DNA from: Parcubacteria group bacterium GW2011_GWA2_40_23
Lineage (GTDB): Bacteria; Patescibacteriota; Patescibacteriia; UBA11705; JABHMO01
Assembly: GCA_000996245.1 (NCBI GenBank)
Contig: LBYP01000004.1
Location: 10,860-74,859, forward strand
Length of the DNA: 64,000 nt
Reading direction: 5' to 3'
Program-made: the position numbers and the translations under genes
Shown: positions 1 through 10,303 of the stretch, one piece after another
Layout: every line of letters starts with the position of its first letter
Position numbering within the stretch: the first letter of the stretch is position 1
Notes under the pieces: model-generated
Databases searched by the model: none
Told to the model about the DNA's origin: nothing
Seen by the model: only the letters and a program-made list of their open reading frames with translations

Positions 1-313
1 TTTGTAATTCTGGGATGTCTGATTCTGTATAAACGAAGTCAGCTCCAGCTTCTTTGGCTTCTTTAGCTTTGTCTTCTGTGACAAAGGCAGCCACGATTTT
101 TGATTTACCAAAACTATGTGGCAAAACAACAGTACTACGAACTTGTTGGTCTCCTTTTTTAGGATCAATACCAAGTTTTAAATGAAGCTCAACTGTTTCA
201 TCAAACTTTTTTGATGCCAAAGTTCGAGCTAAAGTAAGAGCTTCAGCAATAGGGTAGAGTTTCTTAGCGTCAATCTTGGCAGATTGTTTTTTAATTCTTT
301 TTGATTGTGCCAT
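1..313 (-). CDS. rplA: 50S ribosomal protein L1 (5' part, runs off window)
   Basis: Manual translation from ATG at 313: MAQSKRIKK...KKFDETVELHLKLGIDPKKGDQQVRSTVVLPH; follows rplK. Confidence 0.95.
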   Translation of the reverse strand, partial: MAQSKRIKKQSAKIDAKKLYPIAEALTLARTLASKKFDETVELHLKLGIDPKKGDQQVRSTVVLPHSFGKSKIVAAFVTEDKAKEAKEAGADFVYTESDIPELQ

Positions 314-374
314 ATAAAAATAAAGGGTACACGACCCTTTGTTTATCCTAAATAACTTAGGAGAAACATAAGCC

Positions 375-417
375 GTGGTGGTAACGTCTGTTCGCCAAAG
401 GCGAACTGGACTCCCAC
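375..417 (-). promoter_or_regulatory. Putative L1-binding autoregulatory RNA site between rplK and rplA
   Basis: Minus strand GTGGGAG...hairpin GTTCGCC-TTT-GGCGAAC...ACCACCAC resembles the L1 mRNA target (GGGAG/ACCAC). Confidence 0.55.
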
Positions 418-441
418 AACATTATGAATAATAATTTTGAA

Positions 442-864
442 TTACTTTACTTCTACGCCCATTTGTCTGGCCGTTCCAGCAATAGTCTTCATGGCTTGTT
501 CAATATTTGTTGTATTTAAGTCAGGAAGTTTAGTTTCAGCGATTTGGCGTAATTGATCTTTTGTTATTGAACCAACTTTTTCTGTTAAAGGATTTTTAGC
601 ACCGGCTTTGATGCCAGCAGCTTTTTTGATGAGCTCAGAAGCTGGAGCTGTCTTCATGATGAAGTCGAAACTGCGATCTTCGTAAACAGTAATAACTACT
701 GGAACAATGTCGCCACCTTTGTCTTTGGTAGCTTCGTTAAAACGATTGCAGAAATCTTGAATTGCGACACCATGTTGACCTAGGGCAGGTCCAATAGGTG
801 GAGCTGGGGTAGCTTTGCCACCAGCAATTTGGAGCTTAATCTGGACTTTAATTTTCTTAGCCAT
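442..864 (-). CDS. rplK: 50S ribosomal protein L11
   Basis: [24 protein letters not shown] motif; start placed at MAKK (864). Confidence 0.97.
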   Translation of the reverse strand: MAKKIKVQIKLQIAGGKATPAPPIGPALGQHGVAIQDFCNRFNEATKDKGGDIVPVVITVYEDRSFDFIMKTAPASELIKKAAGIKAGAKNPLTEKVGSITKDQLRQIAETKLPDLNTTNIEQAMKTIAGTARQMGVEVK

Positions 865-936
865 ACTTCTTAACAAGCGCCCGGGTATCTAATCGAATAA
901 ATTTATTTGATTAAAATCTGAGCAACTTAAGTTATA

Positions 937-1482
937 TTATAATTTGGTAACTTGTAAATAATCTAATTCAATAGGGGTCTCACGACCAAACATGGAAACA
1001 AGAACTTTAACTTTTCCACGTTCTTCGTCAATGGCCGAAATTTTTCCTTCAAAGTTTTTGAAAGGGCCATCCACAATTTTAACTGGTGCGTCAACTGTAA
1101 CATCAATAGTATATTTAGGTTCATCAACGCCCATGCGTTTTTGTAAATCTTTCATTTCTTTTTCAGAAATTGGAGTTGGGACTGTGCCTGTGCCAATAAA
1201 ACCAGTAACGTTTGGTGTGTTGCGAACAACATACCAAGAATCATCAGTCACTAACATTTCAATAAAGACATAGCCAGGAAATATCTTTTCTGTGATGACT
1301 TTTCTTTTGCCGTTCTTAATCTTAATTTTTTTCTCCGTAGGAATCAAAATGTTATAGATTTTATCTTCCATATCCATAGATTCGATACGTTGCTTTAAAT
1401 TCTCGGCTACGTTTTCTTCATAGCCAGAATAGGTATGAATGACATACCAGCGACGTCCACGGTTCGCTACTTGTTTTGGCAT
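937..1482 (-). CDS. nusG: Transcription termination/antitermination factor NusG
   Basis: WYVIHTYSGYE, FPGYVF, KOW GPFKNFEG, FGRETP motifs. Confidence 0.97.
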   Translation of the reverse strand: MPKQVANRGRRWYVIHTYSGYEENVAENLKQRIESMDMEDKIYNILIPTEKKIKIKNGKRKVITEKIFPGYVFIEMLVTDDSWYVVRNTPNVTGFIGTGTVPTPISEKEMKDLQKRMGVDEPKYTIDVTVDAPVKIVDGPFKNFEGKISAIDEERGKVKVLVSMFGRETPIELDYLQVTKL

Positions 1483-1491
1483 ATTTTTATT

Positions 1492-1683
1492 TTATATAAA
1501 TAGTCCTAATACCTTTGAAAAGACAAAATCCAAAACACCTAAAAAAGCAGCTGTAAACAAACTAATACCGATAACAATCAAGGTGTGTTTAGTTGTTTCT
1601 TTTCTGGTTGGCCAGGTAACTTTTTTTAATTCAGCCTTAGAAGAGATAATGTACTGAATTAAGCGCATTTCTTTGAAACTCAT
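1492..1683 (-). CDS. secE: Preprotein translocase subunit SecE
   Basis: ELKKVTWPTRKE plus one TM helix; upstream of nusG. Confidence 0.95.
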   Translation of the reverse strand: MSFKEMRLIQYIISSKAELKKVTWPTRKETTKHTLIVIGISLFTAAFLGVLDFVFSKVLGLFI

Positions 1684-1883
1684 ATTTATTAAGTTATAAG
1701 CTAGTAAGCAAGGTAAGTTGTAAGCAAATCTTAGACTGGCTTGTCTCGCTTATCTCGCTTAAAACTTGTTACTAGTTCTATTTGTATTTTAAAAAGGCCC
1801 TGTGGCCTATTTATGCTAAAATTATAATACAAAAATGCTCAGTTGGCAAGTTTTGCTTAATTTCATCTAAAATAAGCCAAAAT

Positions 1884-3959
1884 TTAAATATCTAAATTCT
1901 TAACATTCTTAGCATGTGCTTGGATAAAGCGTTTACGTGGAACTACGTCCGAGCCCATCAAAATATCGAAAACTTCATCAGCCTTTTCAGCATCTTCAAT
2001 ATTAATTTGTTTCAAGACACGATTGGCTGGATCCATAGTTGTGTCCCAAAGTTGTTCTGGGTTCATTTCTCCCAAACCTTTGTAACGTTGAACATTGAAG
2101 CCTCTAGCTTGAACTTCTGATGTTGTATCTGTGGCTTCTTCCTCGTTTGCTACAGAGTCATCTGTTTCTACGTTGACGATTGGAATTGATGAAAGTTTAT
2201 TGGCTTTGGCATAATCATCAAGTTCTGTTTCGCTGTATAAATATTTTACTTCTTTACCTTTTTGAACGCGGTAAAGGGGTGGTTGAGCTAAATATAAGTG
2301 ACCGTTTTGAATCAATGGTAAAAAATGTCGGTAAAAGAAAGTTAAAAGCAAAGTACTAATATGAGCACCATCAACATCAGCATCAGTCATGATGATGATT
2401 TTATTGTAACGCAATTTTTCGAGTTCAAATTGTTCAGCAAAATTAGTACCAAGTGCAATGATTAATGATTTAACTTCGTTATTGCCTAACATTTTATCGA
2501 ATCGTGCTTTTTCAACGTTAATAATTTTTCCGCGCAAAGGAAGTATGGCTTGGAATTCGCGGTTGCGTCCTTGTTTGGCCGAACCACCAGCAGAGTCTCC
2601 CTCAACAATGTAGAGTTCGCATTTTTCTGCTTCACGAGAAGAACAGTCAGCTAATTTGCCAGGTAAACTTAAACTGTCGAGTACGCCTTTTCGTAAAACA
2701 GTATCGCGAGCAGCCTTAGAAGCCATACGAGCACGAGCAGCAAGGAGAGATTTCCCAATTATATTTTCAGCATCTTTTGGATGTTCTTCTAAATAGATTC
2801 CTAAAGCTTCGGAAAGAACGGCGTCAACAACTGGTTTAACCTCAGCGTTGCCAAGTTTGGCTTTTGTTTGTCCTTCGAATTGTGGATCTTGAACTTTGAT
2901 GCTAATGACAGCAGTTAAGCCTTCGCGGACATCATCGCCACTTAAATTTTCTTCTTTTTCTTTGATTAAATTATTTTTGCGAGCATAACTATTCAAGGTG
3001 CGAGTGAGGGCGGTTCTAAAACCAGCTACATGCATGCCGCCTTCAGGATTGATAATGTTGTTGGTAAAGGCGAGCAAAGTCTCGTCATATTCTTCGACAT
3101 ATTTAATGCCAATTTCGACATTGATATCATTAAGGTTTTTATCAACGTAAAAAATATTGTTGTGGATCATTTTTTGACTTCGGTTTAAGTGGCGAACATA
3201 AGAAGCGATGCCACCTTCAAAATAAAAACCATATTGTTTTGGTTTTTTGTCATTGCGTAAATCAAGGGCAATTAAACGAATTCCTTTTGTGAGATAAGCT
3301 TGTTGTCGTAAGCGAGTTAAAACTTTATCCCAATGATAATCTAAAACAGTAAAGATAGAAGCATCTGGTTGAAAGGTAATAGTCGTGCCGGTTTTGTAAG
3401 CTTCTTCGGGTTTTAAAGGATCTATTTTTTTAGGGCGAACAATATTGCCGAGCTCTTTTACTTTTTTTAAAGGGTTACCACAACTATATTCTTGCATGTA
3501 CTTTTTGCCATCACGACGGACATCAGCGCGAAGATAGCTCGATAATGCATTTACCACGGAAACACCCACGCCATGCAAACCACCGGAAACTTTATAGCCG
3601 CCTTCACCGAATTTACCACCAGCATGAAGTTTTGTTAAAACAGTTTCCAAGGCTGAGACCTTAGTGGTTTTGTGCATATCAACTGGGATGCCGCGACCAT
3701 TATCACAAACTTGAATAACATTGTCTGGTAAAATTTTTACGATAATTTCATTACAGTGTCCGGCCATGGCTTCGTCGATGGAGTTGTCAACCACTTCCCA
3801 AAGTAAATGATGCAAACCTTCGCTAGCAGTATTACCAATGTACATGCCAGGTCGTTTTCTAACAGGAGCTAAGCCTTCCAAAACAGTTATTTGTTCGGCG
3901 CCATAAGCGTTAGGATCCTTAGCTTTTGGAGACTTGCTTTTCGATTCAGAATTTTTCAT
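1884..3959 (-). CDS. gyrB: DNA gyrase subunit B
   Basis: VRKRPGMYIG, EVVDNSIDE, GGLHGVG, VEGDSAGG, TDADVDG, RYKGLGEM. Confidence 0.97.
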   Translation of the reverse strand: MKNSESKSKSPKAKDPNAYGAEQITVLEGLAPVRKRPGMYIGNTASEGLHHLLWEVVDNSIDEAMAGHCNEIIVKILPDNVIQVCDNGRGIPVDMHKTTKVSALETVLTKLHAGGKFGEGGYKVSGGLHGVGVSVVNALSSYLRADVRRDGKKYMQEYSCGNPLKKVKELGNIVRPKKIDPLKPEEAYKTGTTITFQPDASIFTVLDYHWDKVLTRLRQQAYLTKGIRLIALDLRNDKKPKQYGFYFEGGIASYVRHLNRSQKMIHNNIFYVDKNLNDINVEIGIKYVEEYDETLLAFTNNIINPEGGMHVAGFRTALTRTLNSYARKNNLIKEKEENLSGDDVREGLTAVISIKVQDPQFEGQTKAKLGNAEVKPVVDAVLSEALGIYLEEHPKDAENIIGKSLLAARARMASKAARDTVLRKGVLDSLSLPGKLADCSSREAEKCELYIVEGDSAGGSAKQGRNREFQAILPLRGKIINVEKARFDKMLGNNEVKSLIIALGTNFAEQFELEKLRYNKIIIMTDADVDGAHISTLLLTFFYRHFLPLIQNGHLYLAQPPLYRVQKGKEVKYLYSETELDDYAKANKLSSIPIVNVETDDSVANEEEATDTTSEVQARGFNVQRYKGLGEMNPEQLWDTTMDPANRVLKQINIEDAEKADEVFDILMGSDVVPRKRFIQAHAKNVKNLDI

Positions 3960-4083
3960 AATAAAAATATTTTTAATACAAGTCTATTTTAGCACGAAAA
4001 AATAAGAAAGTGAAGGGTTTTTGGGTATAAGATTTAGGCAAAGTTTACAGAATGTGGTATAGTAAACAAGTAAACAATCAATC

Positions 4084-4120
4084 AACCCAGTACTATAAAG
4101 TGTGCCCTTTAAGTGCTGGG
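4084..4120. repeat. Dispersed palindromic element, AACCCAGTACTA family (copy 1)
   Basis: AACCCAGTACTATAAA...TTTAAGTGCTGGG; inverted homolog at 30377-30409. Confidence 0.65.
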
Positions 4121-4239
4121 CAAGTAAAACAAAAAAACAAGAAAACAAAAGAGCAATTTACTCGGGGTAAGTATAATGGGTTAAGGTATAAGGGTTCTCC
4201 TTCCCTTAATACTTATCCCTTTGCCCTTGATACAAAAAT

Positions 4240-5124
4240 ATGCCTAACAACATTTACAACAATTTAAGTGAAAAGGAACTGAAATATAGTTATTGGTATG
4301 TGACTCATCGTGTCTTATTAAGAAAACTAGGAATTTTAACATTGGCGGTTCTGGTTGGTGCTCTCTTGGTTTACGGCGTGGTTTTGATTTCTGGTTATTA
4401 TATAAAGGATACAGGAGACACTCAGGCCCTGGCGAACCGGTTGTCGCAAGATAAATTGAATTTAGCTCTTTTAGCTGAGTCTAATAAACCACAAGATTTG
4501 TCGCTTGGAGAAACAAGGGTTTTGCGTGGGAACAAGGGTGCCGTAGATTTTATCACTGAAATTGTTAACCCTAATGTCCAGTGGGCGGTAGAGTCATTAG
4601 AATATTATTATTTGATTGGAGAAGAAAAAACAGAATTAGAACAAGGGTATATTTTACCTGGACAAACAAAATATTTATTACATTTTAATTATCCTTCAGC
4701 AAGCACTAGTGTTTCTGTACGTTTAGTCTTGGAAAAGATTAATTGGAAAAAAGTAGTTGATTTTGTGTCCATGCAAGAAAAAACTATTGATTTTGAAATT
4801 AAGAATGCGAAGATAACGACAGTTGTTAAGCCAAGCGCCGAAGCCCCCGAGAGCGTCACTAATCTTTCATTTGATGTCTTCAATAAATCACCTTATAGTT
4901 TTTGGGAACCACGGTTTGTAATTCTTTTGGAGCGTAGTGGTCAGCTAGTTGCTGTGGCCGAAACGCAACTCAGCTCCTTGGCTTCTAATGAAAAGAAAAC
5001 AGAAAGCCTCAATTTATTCCAAAATTTGTCAGTTTCAACTCAGATAACGATAATCCCAGATATCAATATTTTGGATCCAGGTGTTTTTAAAGGGTTTGAT
5101 GCTGGCTCAGGAGAAATTAAATAG
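4240..5124 (+). CDS. Hypothetical membrane-anchored protein
   Basis: 294-aa ORF with N-terminal TM helix and beta-rich remainder. Confidence 0.8.
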   Translation: MPNNIYNNLSEKELKYSYWYVTHRVLLRKLGILTLAVLVGALLVYGVVLISGYYIKDTGDTQALANRLSQDKLNLALLAESNKPQDLSLGETRVLRGNKGAVDFITEIVNPNVQWAVESLEYYYLIGEEKTELEQGYILPGQTKYLLHFNYPSASTSVSVRLVLEKINWKKVVDFVSMQEKTIDFEIKNAKITTVVKPSAEAPESVTNLSFDVFNKSPYSFWEPRFVILLERSGQLVAVAETQLSSLASNEKKTESLNLFQNLSVSTQITIIPDINILDPGVFKGFDAGSGEIK

Positions 5125-5174
5125 CTATACAATTTTGGAAAAATAATTTAAGATAGAGCTAATCTCTATCTTTT

Positions 5175-6263
5175 ATGTTAAGAAACATTGTTAATAATTT
5201 TAGACGGCTTGATTGGGTGCTCATTGCAGCCGCCTTTTTATTGTTTTGTTTAGGCTTGGCGGCAATTTACAGTGTTGATTTGGGTAAGGAACAAGGCGGC
5301 AATTTTGAGAAACAAATTCTTTTTGGAGTAATTGGTTTTTTACTGATGTTCATCTTTGCTTCAATTAATTATTCTGGTTGGCGTGTTTCTGGGCGATCGT
5401 TGTATGTGGGAACCCTCACCCTTTTATTTGCGGTTTTGTTTTTTGGTTCAACCATTCGCGGAACACGCGGTTGGTTTAATTTTTTCGGTTTAGGCATTCA
5501 ACCAGCAGAATTGGCTAAAGTGGTTTTGATTATTTTATTGGCTAAATTTTTTAGCAATCGTTTGCAACAATTCCGTGTTGGAAAGCATATTATATTTAGT
5601 TTTATATTAACTTTAATATTTGTTATCCCCGTTTTTTTGCAACCAGATTTGGGTTCAGCAGCTATATTACTGGGGATCTGGTTTATTCTATTATTGATTA
5701 CAGGAGTCCCTAAAAAATATTTAATTGTTCTTGTTTTAATATTTGTAATGGTCGCTTGCGTGGCCTGGGTCTTCTTTTTAGCTGATTATCAAAAAGAACG
5801 TATCGGCACTTTTTTAAATCCAACAGCTGACCCGTTAGGCAGTGGTTATAATGTTTCTCAATCAATAATTGGTATTGGTTCGGGGTATTTTTGGGGTAGA
5901 GGTTTGGGGTTTGGGTCTCAAAGTCAATTGAAATTCATTCCAGAAAGTCAGACTGATTTTATTTTTGCAGTAATTGCTGAAGAGCTTGGGTTTTTGGGTG
6001 TAGTGATGGTGTTAGGGCTCTTTGCAATCATATTTTATCGTTTAGTTGTGATTGCGCGAAAGGCCCATGATGATTTTGGCCTCTATCTGGTTTTAGGCAT
6101 CGTGGCAGTCATTTTTTTGCATATGTTTATTAACATTGGTATGAATATGGGGATCATGCCTGTTACGGGTATTTCGCTGCCTTTTTTGAGCTATGGTGGT
6201 AGCTTCCTGCTTATTTGTTTAATTATGATTGGGGTGGCAGAAAGTGTGGCTGTACGGCGGTAA
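5175..6263 (+). CDS. rodA: SEDS peptidoglycan polymerase RodA
   Basis: IQPAELAK, LQPDLGSA, PESQTDFIFAVIAEELG, LPFLSYGGS. Confidence 0.92.
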   Translation: MLRNIVNNFRRLDWVLIAAAFLLFCLGLAAIYSVDLGKEQGGNFEKQILFGVIGFLLMFIFASINYSGWRVSGRSLYVGTLTLLFAVLFFGSTIRGTRGWFNFFGLGIQPAELAKVVLIILLAKFFSNRLQQFRVGKHIIFSFILTLIFVIPVFLQPDLGSAAILLGIWFILLLITGVPKKYLIVLVLIFVMVACVAWVFFLADYQKERIGTFLNPTADPLGSGYNVSQSIIGIGSGYFWGRGLGFGSQSQLKFIPESQTDFIFAVIAEELGFLGVVMVLGLFAIIFYRLVVIARKAHDDFGLYLVLGIVAVIFLHMFINIGMNMGIMPVTGISLPFLSYGGSFLLICLIMIGVAESVAVRR

Positions 6264-6270
6264 TATATGG

Positions 6271-6308
6271 GGCTTGCCCCGAACCTGAGAGTAACGAATG
6301 GTTCGGGG
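6271..6308. repeat. Dispersed palindromic element, GGCTTGCCCCGAAC family (copy 1)
   Basis: GGCTTGCCCCGAAC...GTTCGGGG; second copy at 14579-14618. Confidence 0.7.
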
Positions 6309-6370
6309 TTGACTAAAATTGCATCTTTTGTTATAATCTCATTCGAAATAAGAAACTAATATTTTCGTAT

Positions 6371-7039
6371 ATGATTTACGACTTTCAGGCAACAATTAGA
6401 AAAGAATTAAAAAAGAATGTTCAAGCCTTACGCGATCAGGGAATTGTCCCTGGTGTTGTCTATGGCCCAGAGTTAAAAGAGAACATTAATGTGGCTTTAG
6501 ACTTAGTTAAACTTGAAAAAATATTTAATGAAGCCGGAGAAAACTCACTAATCAATCTTCAGTTAGAAGGTGAAAAAGAAACACGCGAAGTTTTGATTAA
6601 AGACATTAATTTTGAACCAGTTACACACCGAATTGCGCACGTTGATTTTTATCAGATTAAGAAGGGCGAAAAATTGGAAATTGAACCAGAGTTGTCCTTT
6701 GTAGGTATAGCGCCAGCCGTAAAAGAACTTGGCGGTATCTTGATCAAGAGTTTAGCTAAGATTGAAATTCGTTGTTTACCAAAAGATATGATTTCACATA
6801 TCGAAGTGGACTTAACAACTTTAAAGAATTTTGGAGATAAGATTTTAGTTCGTGACTTAAAAGTTCCAGCAGATGTTGAGGTATTAACTGATTTAGAAGA
6901 AACGGTCGTTGTTATCGCGGCGCCAAGAGAAGAAGAAGTAGCTGCTCCAGTAGCTGAAGTAAAAGAACCTGAGGTTGTTGGTAAGAAAGAAGCTCCAGCC
7001 GATGCTCCAGCCGAAGGCGACAAAGCTGCCAAAAAATAA
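6371..7039 (+). CDS. rplY: 50S ribosomal protein L25/Ctc
   Basis: LRDQGIVPGVVYG, HVDFYQI, C-terminal Ctc domain with acidic tail. Confidence 0.93.
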   Translation: MIYDFQATIRKELKKNVQALRDQGIVPGVVYGPELKENINVALDLVKLEKIFNEAGENSLINLQLEGEKETREVLIKDINFEPVTHRIAHVDFYQIKKGEKLEIEPELSFVGIAPAVKELGGILIKSLAKIEIRCLPKDMISHIEVDLTTLKNFGDKILVRDLKVPADVEVLTDLEETVVVIAAPREEEVAAPVAEVKEPEVVGKKEAPADAPAEGDKAAKK

Positions 7040-7100
7040 TAATTTGCTTTCCCTTAAAAAGTGCCCTATATTGATAAAGTATTAAGGGCACTTTTCTTTT

Positions 7101-8141
7101 ATGCTGAAAATTAAAAAACAAAGAATTAACTTTATCGTTTTAATAATTGTTCTTGCGTTTTTATTAATGGGGACGATTGTTATTGTTATTAGAAATGAAC
7201 GAACTTTAAACATCCCTGTTAAAAATTCTGACACGGTTGAGCTAGAAATACCGAAAGTTTGCGAGAAAATTAGAAAAATTGATGGGCGTTGCATCACTCA
7301 AGATGAGGTTGGTGTTGTTGGTGTGATGATAGATAATCATGTCGGCGCGCGACCACCAGCTGGTTTAAGCCAGGCGAGCTTGGTTTATGAAACAATCGTT
7401 GAAAGCCCCATTACGCGTTTCCTGGCTATTTTTTCTTTGGATGAAAATGTGGAAAAAATTGGGCCAGTGCGTTCAGCACGACCTTTTTATGTTGATTGGG
7501 TTAAAGAGTTTAATGGTGTTTATGCACATGTAGGCGGAAGTAATGCGGCCATAGAGAATTTGAATGCTACTTATGATTTTAATTTCGACGAATTTTACAA
7601 TGGTGCATATTTTTATCGTGATAATTATCGCAGCACTCCACACAATGTTTTTACTTCAAGCGAGTTAATTAAGAAGGCGATTGAGGATAAAAAGTGGGAT
7701 GTGAAAAGTTCTTTTGAAAGCTGGAAGTTCCATCCAGATTCATTGGTAGACGGGAATGTTCTTGGAATTGAAGTGGATTTTAAAACGTACGACTTTTTAG
7801 TCCGATGGGAATATGATGTTACTCAGAAAAACTATGTTCGGTATGAGGGACATGAAATTCATTCTGAAAAAGATGGTACAGAAATTCGTGCCTCAAATGT
7901 AGTAATTATGTATACAGAAAGCTCTATCATCGATAATTATGGTCGTCGGGATACTCGCACTCTGGGTTCAGGCCAAGCACTAGTTTTTCAAAACGGACAG
8001 GTTATTGAAGGTTTGTGGAAGAGAGAGAAGCTAATAGATCGTACAAAATTTTATAATCAAGCAGGCGAGGAAATTTCCTTTTATGTCGGCACGACATGGA
8101 TTGAGGTTGTTACTGCGGAAACAGCTAAGGTAAAATATTAA
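7101..8141 (+). CDS. DUF3048 (YerB-like) membrane-anchored protein
   Basis: VMIDNH-ARP-GL, ITRFLA, IGPVRSAR, AHVGGS, PHN motifs. Confidence 0.85.
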   Translation: MLKIKKQRINFIVLIIVLAFLLMGTIVIVIRNERTLNIPVKNSDTVELEIPKVCEKIRKIDGRCITQDEVGVVGVMIDNHVGARPPAGLSQASLVYETIVESPITRFLAIFSLDENVEKIGPVRSARPFYVDWVKEFNGVYAHVGGSNAAIENLNATYDFNFDEFYNGAYFYRDNYRSTPHNVFTSSELIKKAIEDKKWDVKSSFESWKFHPDSLVDGNVLGIEVDFKTYDFLVRWEYDVTQKNYVRYEGHEIHSEKDGTEIRASNVVIMYTESSIIDNYGRRDTRTLGSGQALVFQNGQVIEGLWKREKLIDRTKFYNQAGEEISFYVGTTWIEVVTAETAKVKY

Positions 8142-8142
8142 T

Positions 8143-8862
8143 ATGCAAATCAACAAACAAACAATATTTACTTTTCTGATCATTCTGGTTTTTGGTTCCG
8201 GTTTATCTATTTATGTTTGGAACAAAATTCAGGGGCGTGATTTGGCGCAACCACCGAACTTTGATCTTTCGGCGTATAACAATTTTGAATTAAATGCAGA
8301 AATAGATAAAAGAGCCAATAAAGAATTACAAAAGCTACTGGCTGCTAAAGCGCAACCGGAAGTTGTTCAGCCTGAGATCGCAGTGGTCGAGACTCAAAAG
8401 CTGGAAACTGATTTTGAGCCAGGCTATATTTATTTTAGAAATTCTTTTGGTTCAACTAGTGTTACAGAAACAAACAGTTTAATAAAAAGTTTCCTCAAAG
8501 ATTTCCCTGAATTAAAAGACGCTATCATCGATAATTTTGAAACTCAGTTGAAGACGAAGGTTGAAATACCCGCGTTGGGACGAGAAGATTTGTTAAAAAA
8601 TATTAAGATTGAGTCAGAGGTGTTGAACGTCGAGGTTGTTGAAGCCCCAATATGGCAGGTTGTATTTAAAGAAGGCAAAATTGAAAGCGAAATAGCTGAG
8701 TTTTTCAAAAGATTTCCAGATATTAAAATTCAGCCAGCCGAACCTAAAATCACAATTGAAAATTATGTTGCCCGAATAAAAATTTCTGATTTGAAGTTAG
8801 AACAAGTTTTACTTGATAAACTACAAAAAGAATATTCAGATGTTTTAAAAGTATCTCTTTAA
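8143..8862 (+). CDS. Hypothetical membrane-anchored protein
   Basis: 239-aa ORF with N-terminal TM helix, in the operon. Confidence 0.75.
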   Translation: MQINKQTIFTFLIILVFGSGLSIYVWNKIQGRDLAQPPNFDLSAYNNFELNAEIDKRANKELQKLLAAKAQPEVVQPEIAVVETQKLETDFEPGYIYFRNSFGSTSVTETNSLIKSFLKDFPELKDAIIDNFETQLKTKVEIPALGREDLLKNIKIESEVLNVEVVEAPIWQVVFKEGKIESEIAEFFKRFPDIKIQPAEPKITIENYVARIKISDLKLEQVLLDKLQKEYSDVLKVSL

Positions 8863-8863
8863 T

Positions 8864-9440
8864 ATGCAAATAGGTTTTTCAACAGCAGACTTGTATGAAC
8901 ATCCCAATCAATTGTCTCTGGATATTTTAGACAAGCAAATTAGTTTAGGGGCTTCAGTCATCGATTGATAAAGCTATTCTGGCTGAGTTGATTGCCATCC
9001 AAAAGAAGTTCAACTTTGAATACATTAATTTCCATCCTGATAAAATTACGGACTTCAATGTTTTAGTCGAATCTGGTTTGCCGGTTTGTATGGAGAATAT
9101 GGACAGCCGCAAGTTGGCTTTTCGTTCTGTCGAAGATATGCAGAAAATTTTAGATCAATATCCTTTTGGTATGGTTTTAGATCTTAATCACTGCTATTCG
9201 AATGGGGGGAATATGGATTTGGTAAATGAATTCTGGAATAAGTTTGAAAAGAGAATCAAGTATTTTCATCTAAGTGGTTTTACAACTTTGCACGACCCGC
9301 TTTATAAAACAAAACAAAATCAATTGGTTGATTTTGTGGAGAGTAAAAGTGTGCCTGTAATTATTGAGAGTATGTTAGAGAATGTAGTAGAGATGGAAAC
9401 AGAGTGGCATTATATCATGGATAATTTGACGGATGTTTAA
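8864..9440 (+). pseudogene. Xylose-isomerase-like TIM-barrel protein, frameshifted
   Basis: ATG 8864 MQIGFSTADLY... stops at TGA 8966-8968; the rest (FHPD, MENMD, LDLNH, FHLSG, IIES) is in another frame to 9440. Confidence 0.65.
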
Positions 9441-9532
9441 AGCGATATTATCGTTAAGCGTGGATAGCTTGTTCCTTTTCTTTTTTCGACTGAGGGGGTA
9501 CACTTTTCTATATATACAAATATAAAGTTAAT

Positions 9533-10240
9533 ATGGCATATTTAAAATTTATTTCCGATAAAGATTTTTTTGCTGCTGTTGGCAAGGTTGTTAGAATAAT
9601 AGAATCAGCAGAACATGATGCAATTATTAATCTTCACAAAAATGTGATCGATCCGTTTTCTGCAATTTTCCATGGTGTAACCCACTCAATTACTTATAAA
9701 GAATGGATTGAACAGGAAAAAGCTCGACAATCGCAAAAAACAATGCAGAATGCGATTGGTGTTTTTCACCAAGAAATACTGGGGGCAGTCACCGGTTGGG
9801 AAAATATGGGTGCAGGAGGCGGGTTGGATGTTGTAAATAGAGAGATGATGATGATTGCAGAAATAAAAAATAAATTTAATACAACAAAAGGAAATCATAA
9901 GGTGGAAGTATATGATGCTATAAAATCAATGCTTAAAACCAAGGAATATGAAATGTTTACGGGGTATTATGTAGAAATAATTTCACAAGGTAAAAATAAA
10001 TACGATAAACCGTTTATTCCACCTGATAATAAAACAAAGAAAAGACGGCCAGTTAACAAAAAGATCAGAGTTATTGATGGGCTAAGCTTTTATGCTTTAG
10101 CCACGGGTAGAAAGCAGGCCTTGCAGGAGTTGTTTGAAGCTCTTTCTCATGTTTTAGTGGATAACTATAAGTTTAAATTAGGTAAAAGGGAGGCGCTTCA
10201 GTACTTCGAATTATTTAGGTTAGCTTTTTCCACAGAGTAA
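9533..10240 (+). CDS. Type II restriction endonuclease, Eco47II-like
   Basis: KNVIDPFSAIF, RQSQKTMQNAIGVFHQ, LDV...AEIKNKFNT (PD-(D/E)xK); adjacent to a C5 MTase. Confidence 0.8.
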   Translation: MAYLKFISDKDFFAAVGKVVRIIESAEHDAIINLHKNVIDPFSAIFHGVTHSITYKEWIEQEKARQSQKTMQNAIGVFHQEILGAVTGWENMGAGGGLDVVNREMMMIAEIKNKFNTTKGNHKVEVYDAIKSMLKTKEYEMFTGYYVEIISQGKNKYDKPFIPPDNKTKKRRPVNKKIRVIDGLSFYALATGRKQALQELFEALSHVLVDNYKFKLGKREALQYFELFRLAFSTE

Positions 10241-10303
10241 CCTTTGCCTATGCAATGGTTATTTGGTATAATTATGATAGATTAAATATCTATCATTTTT
10301 TAT

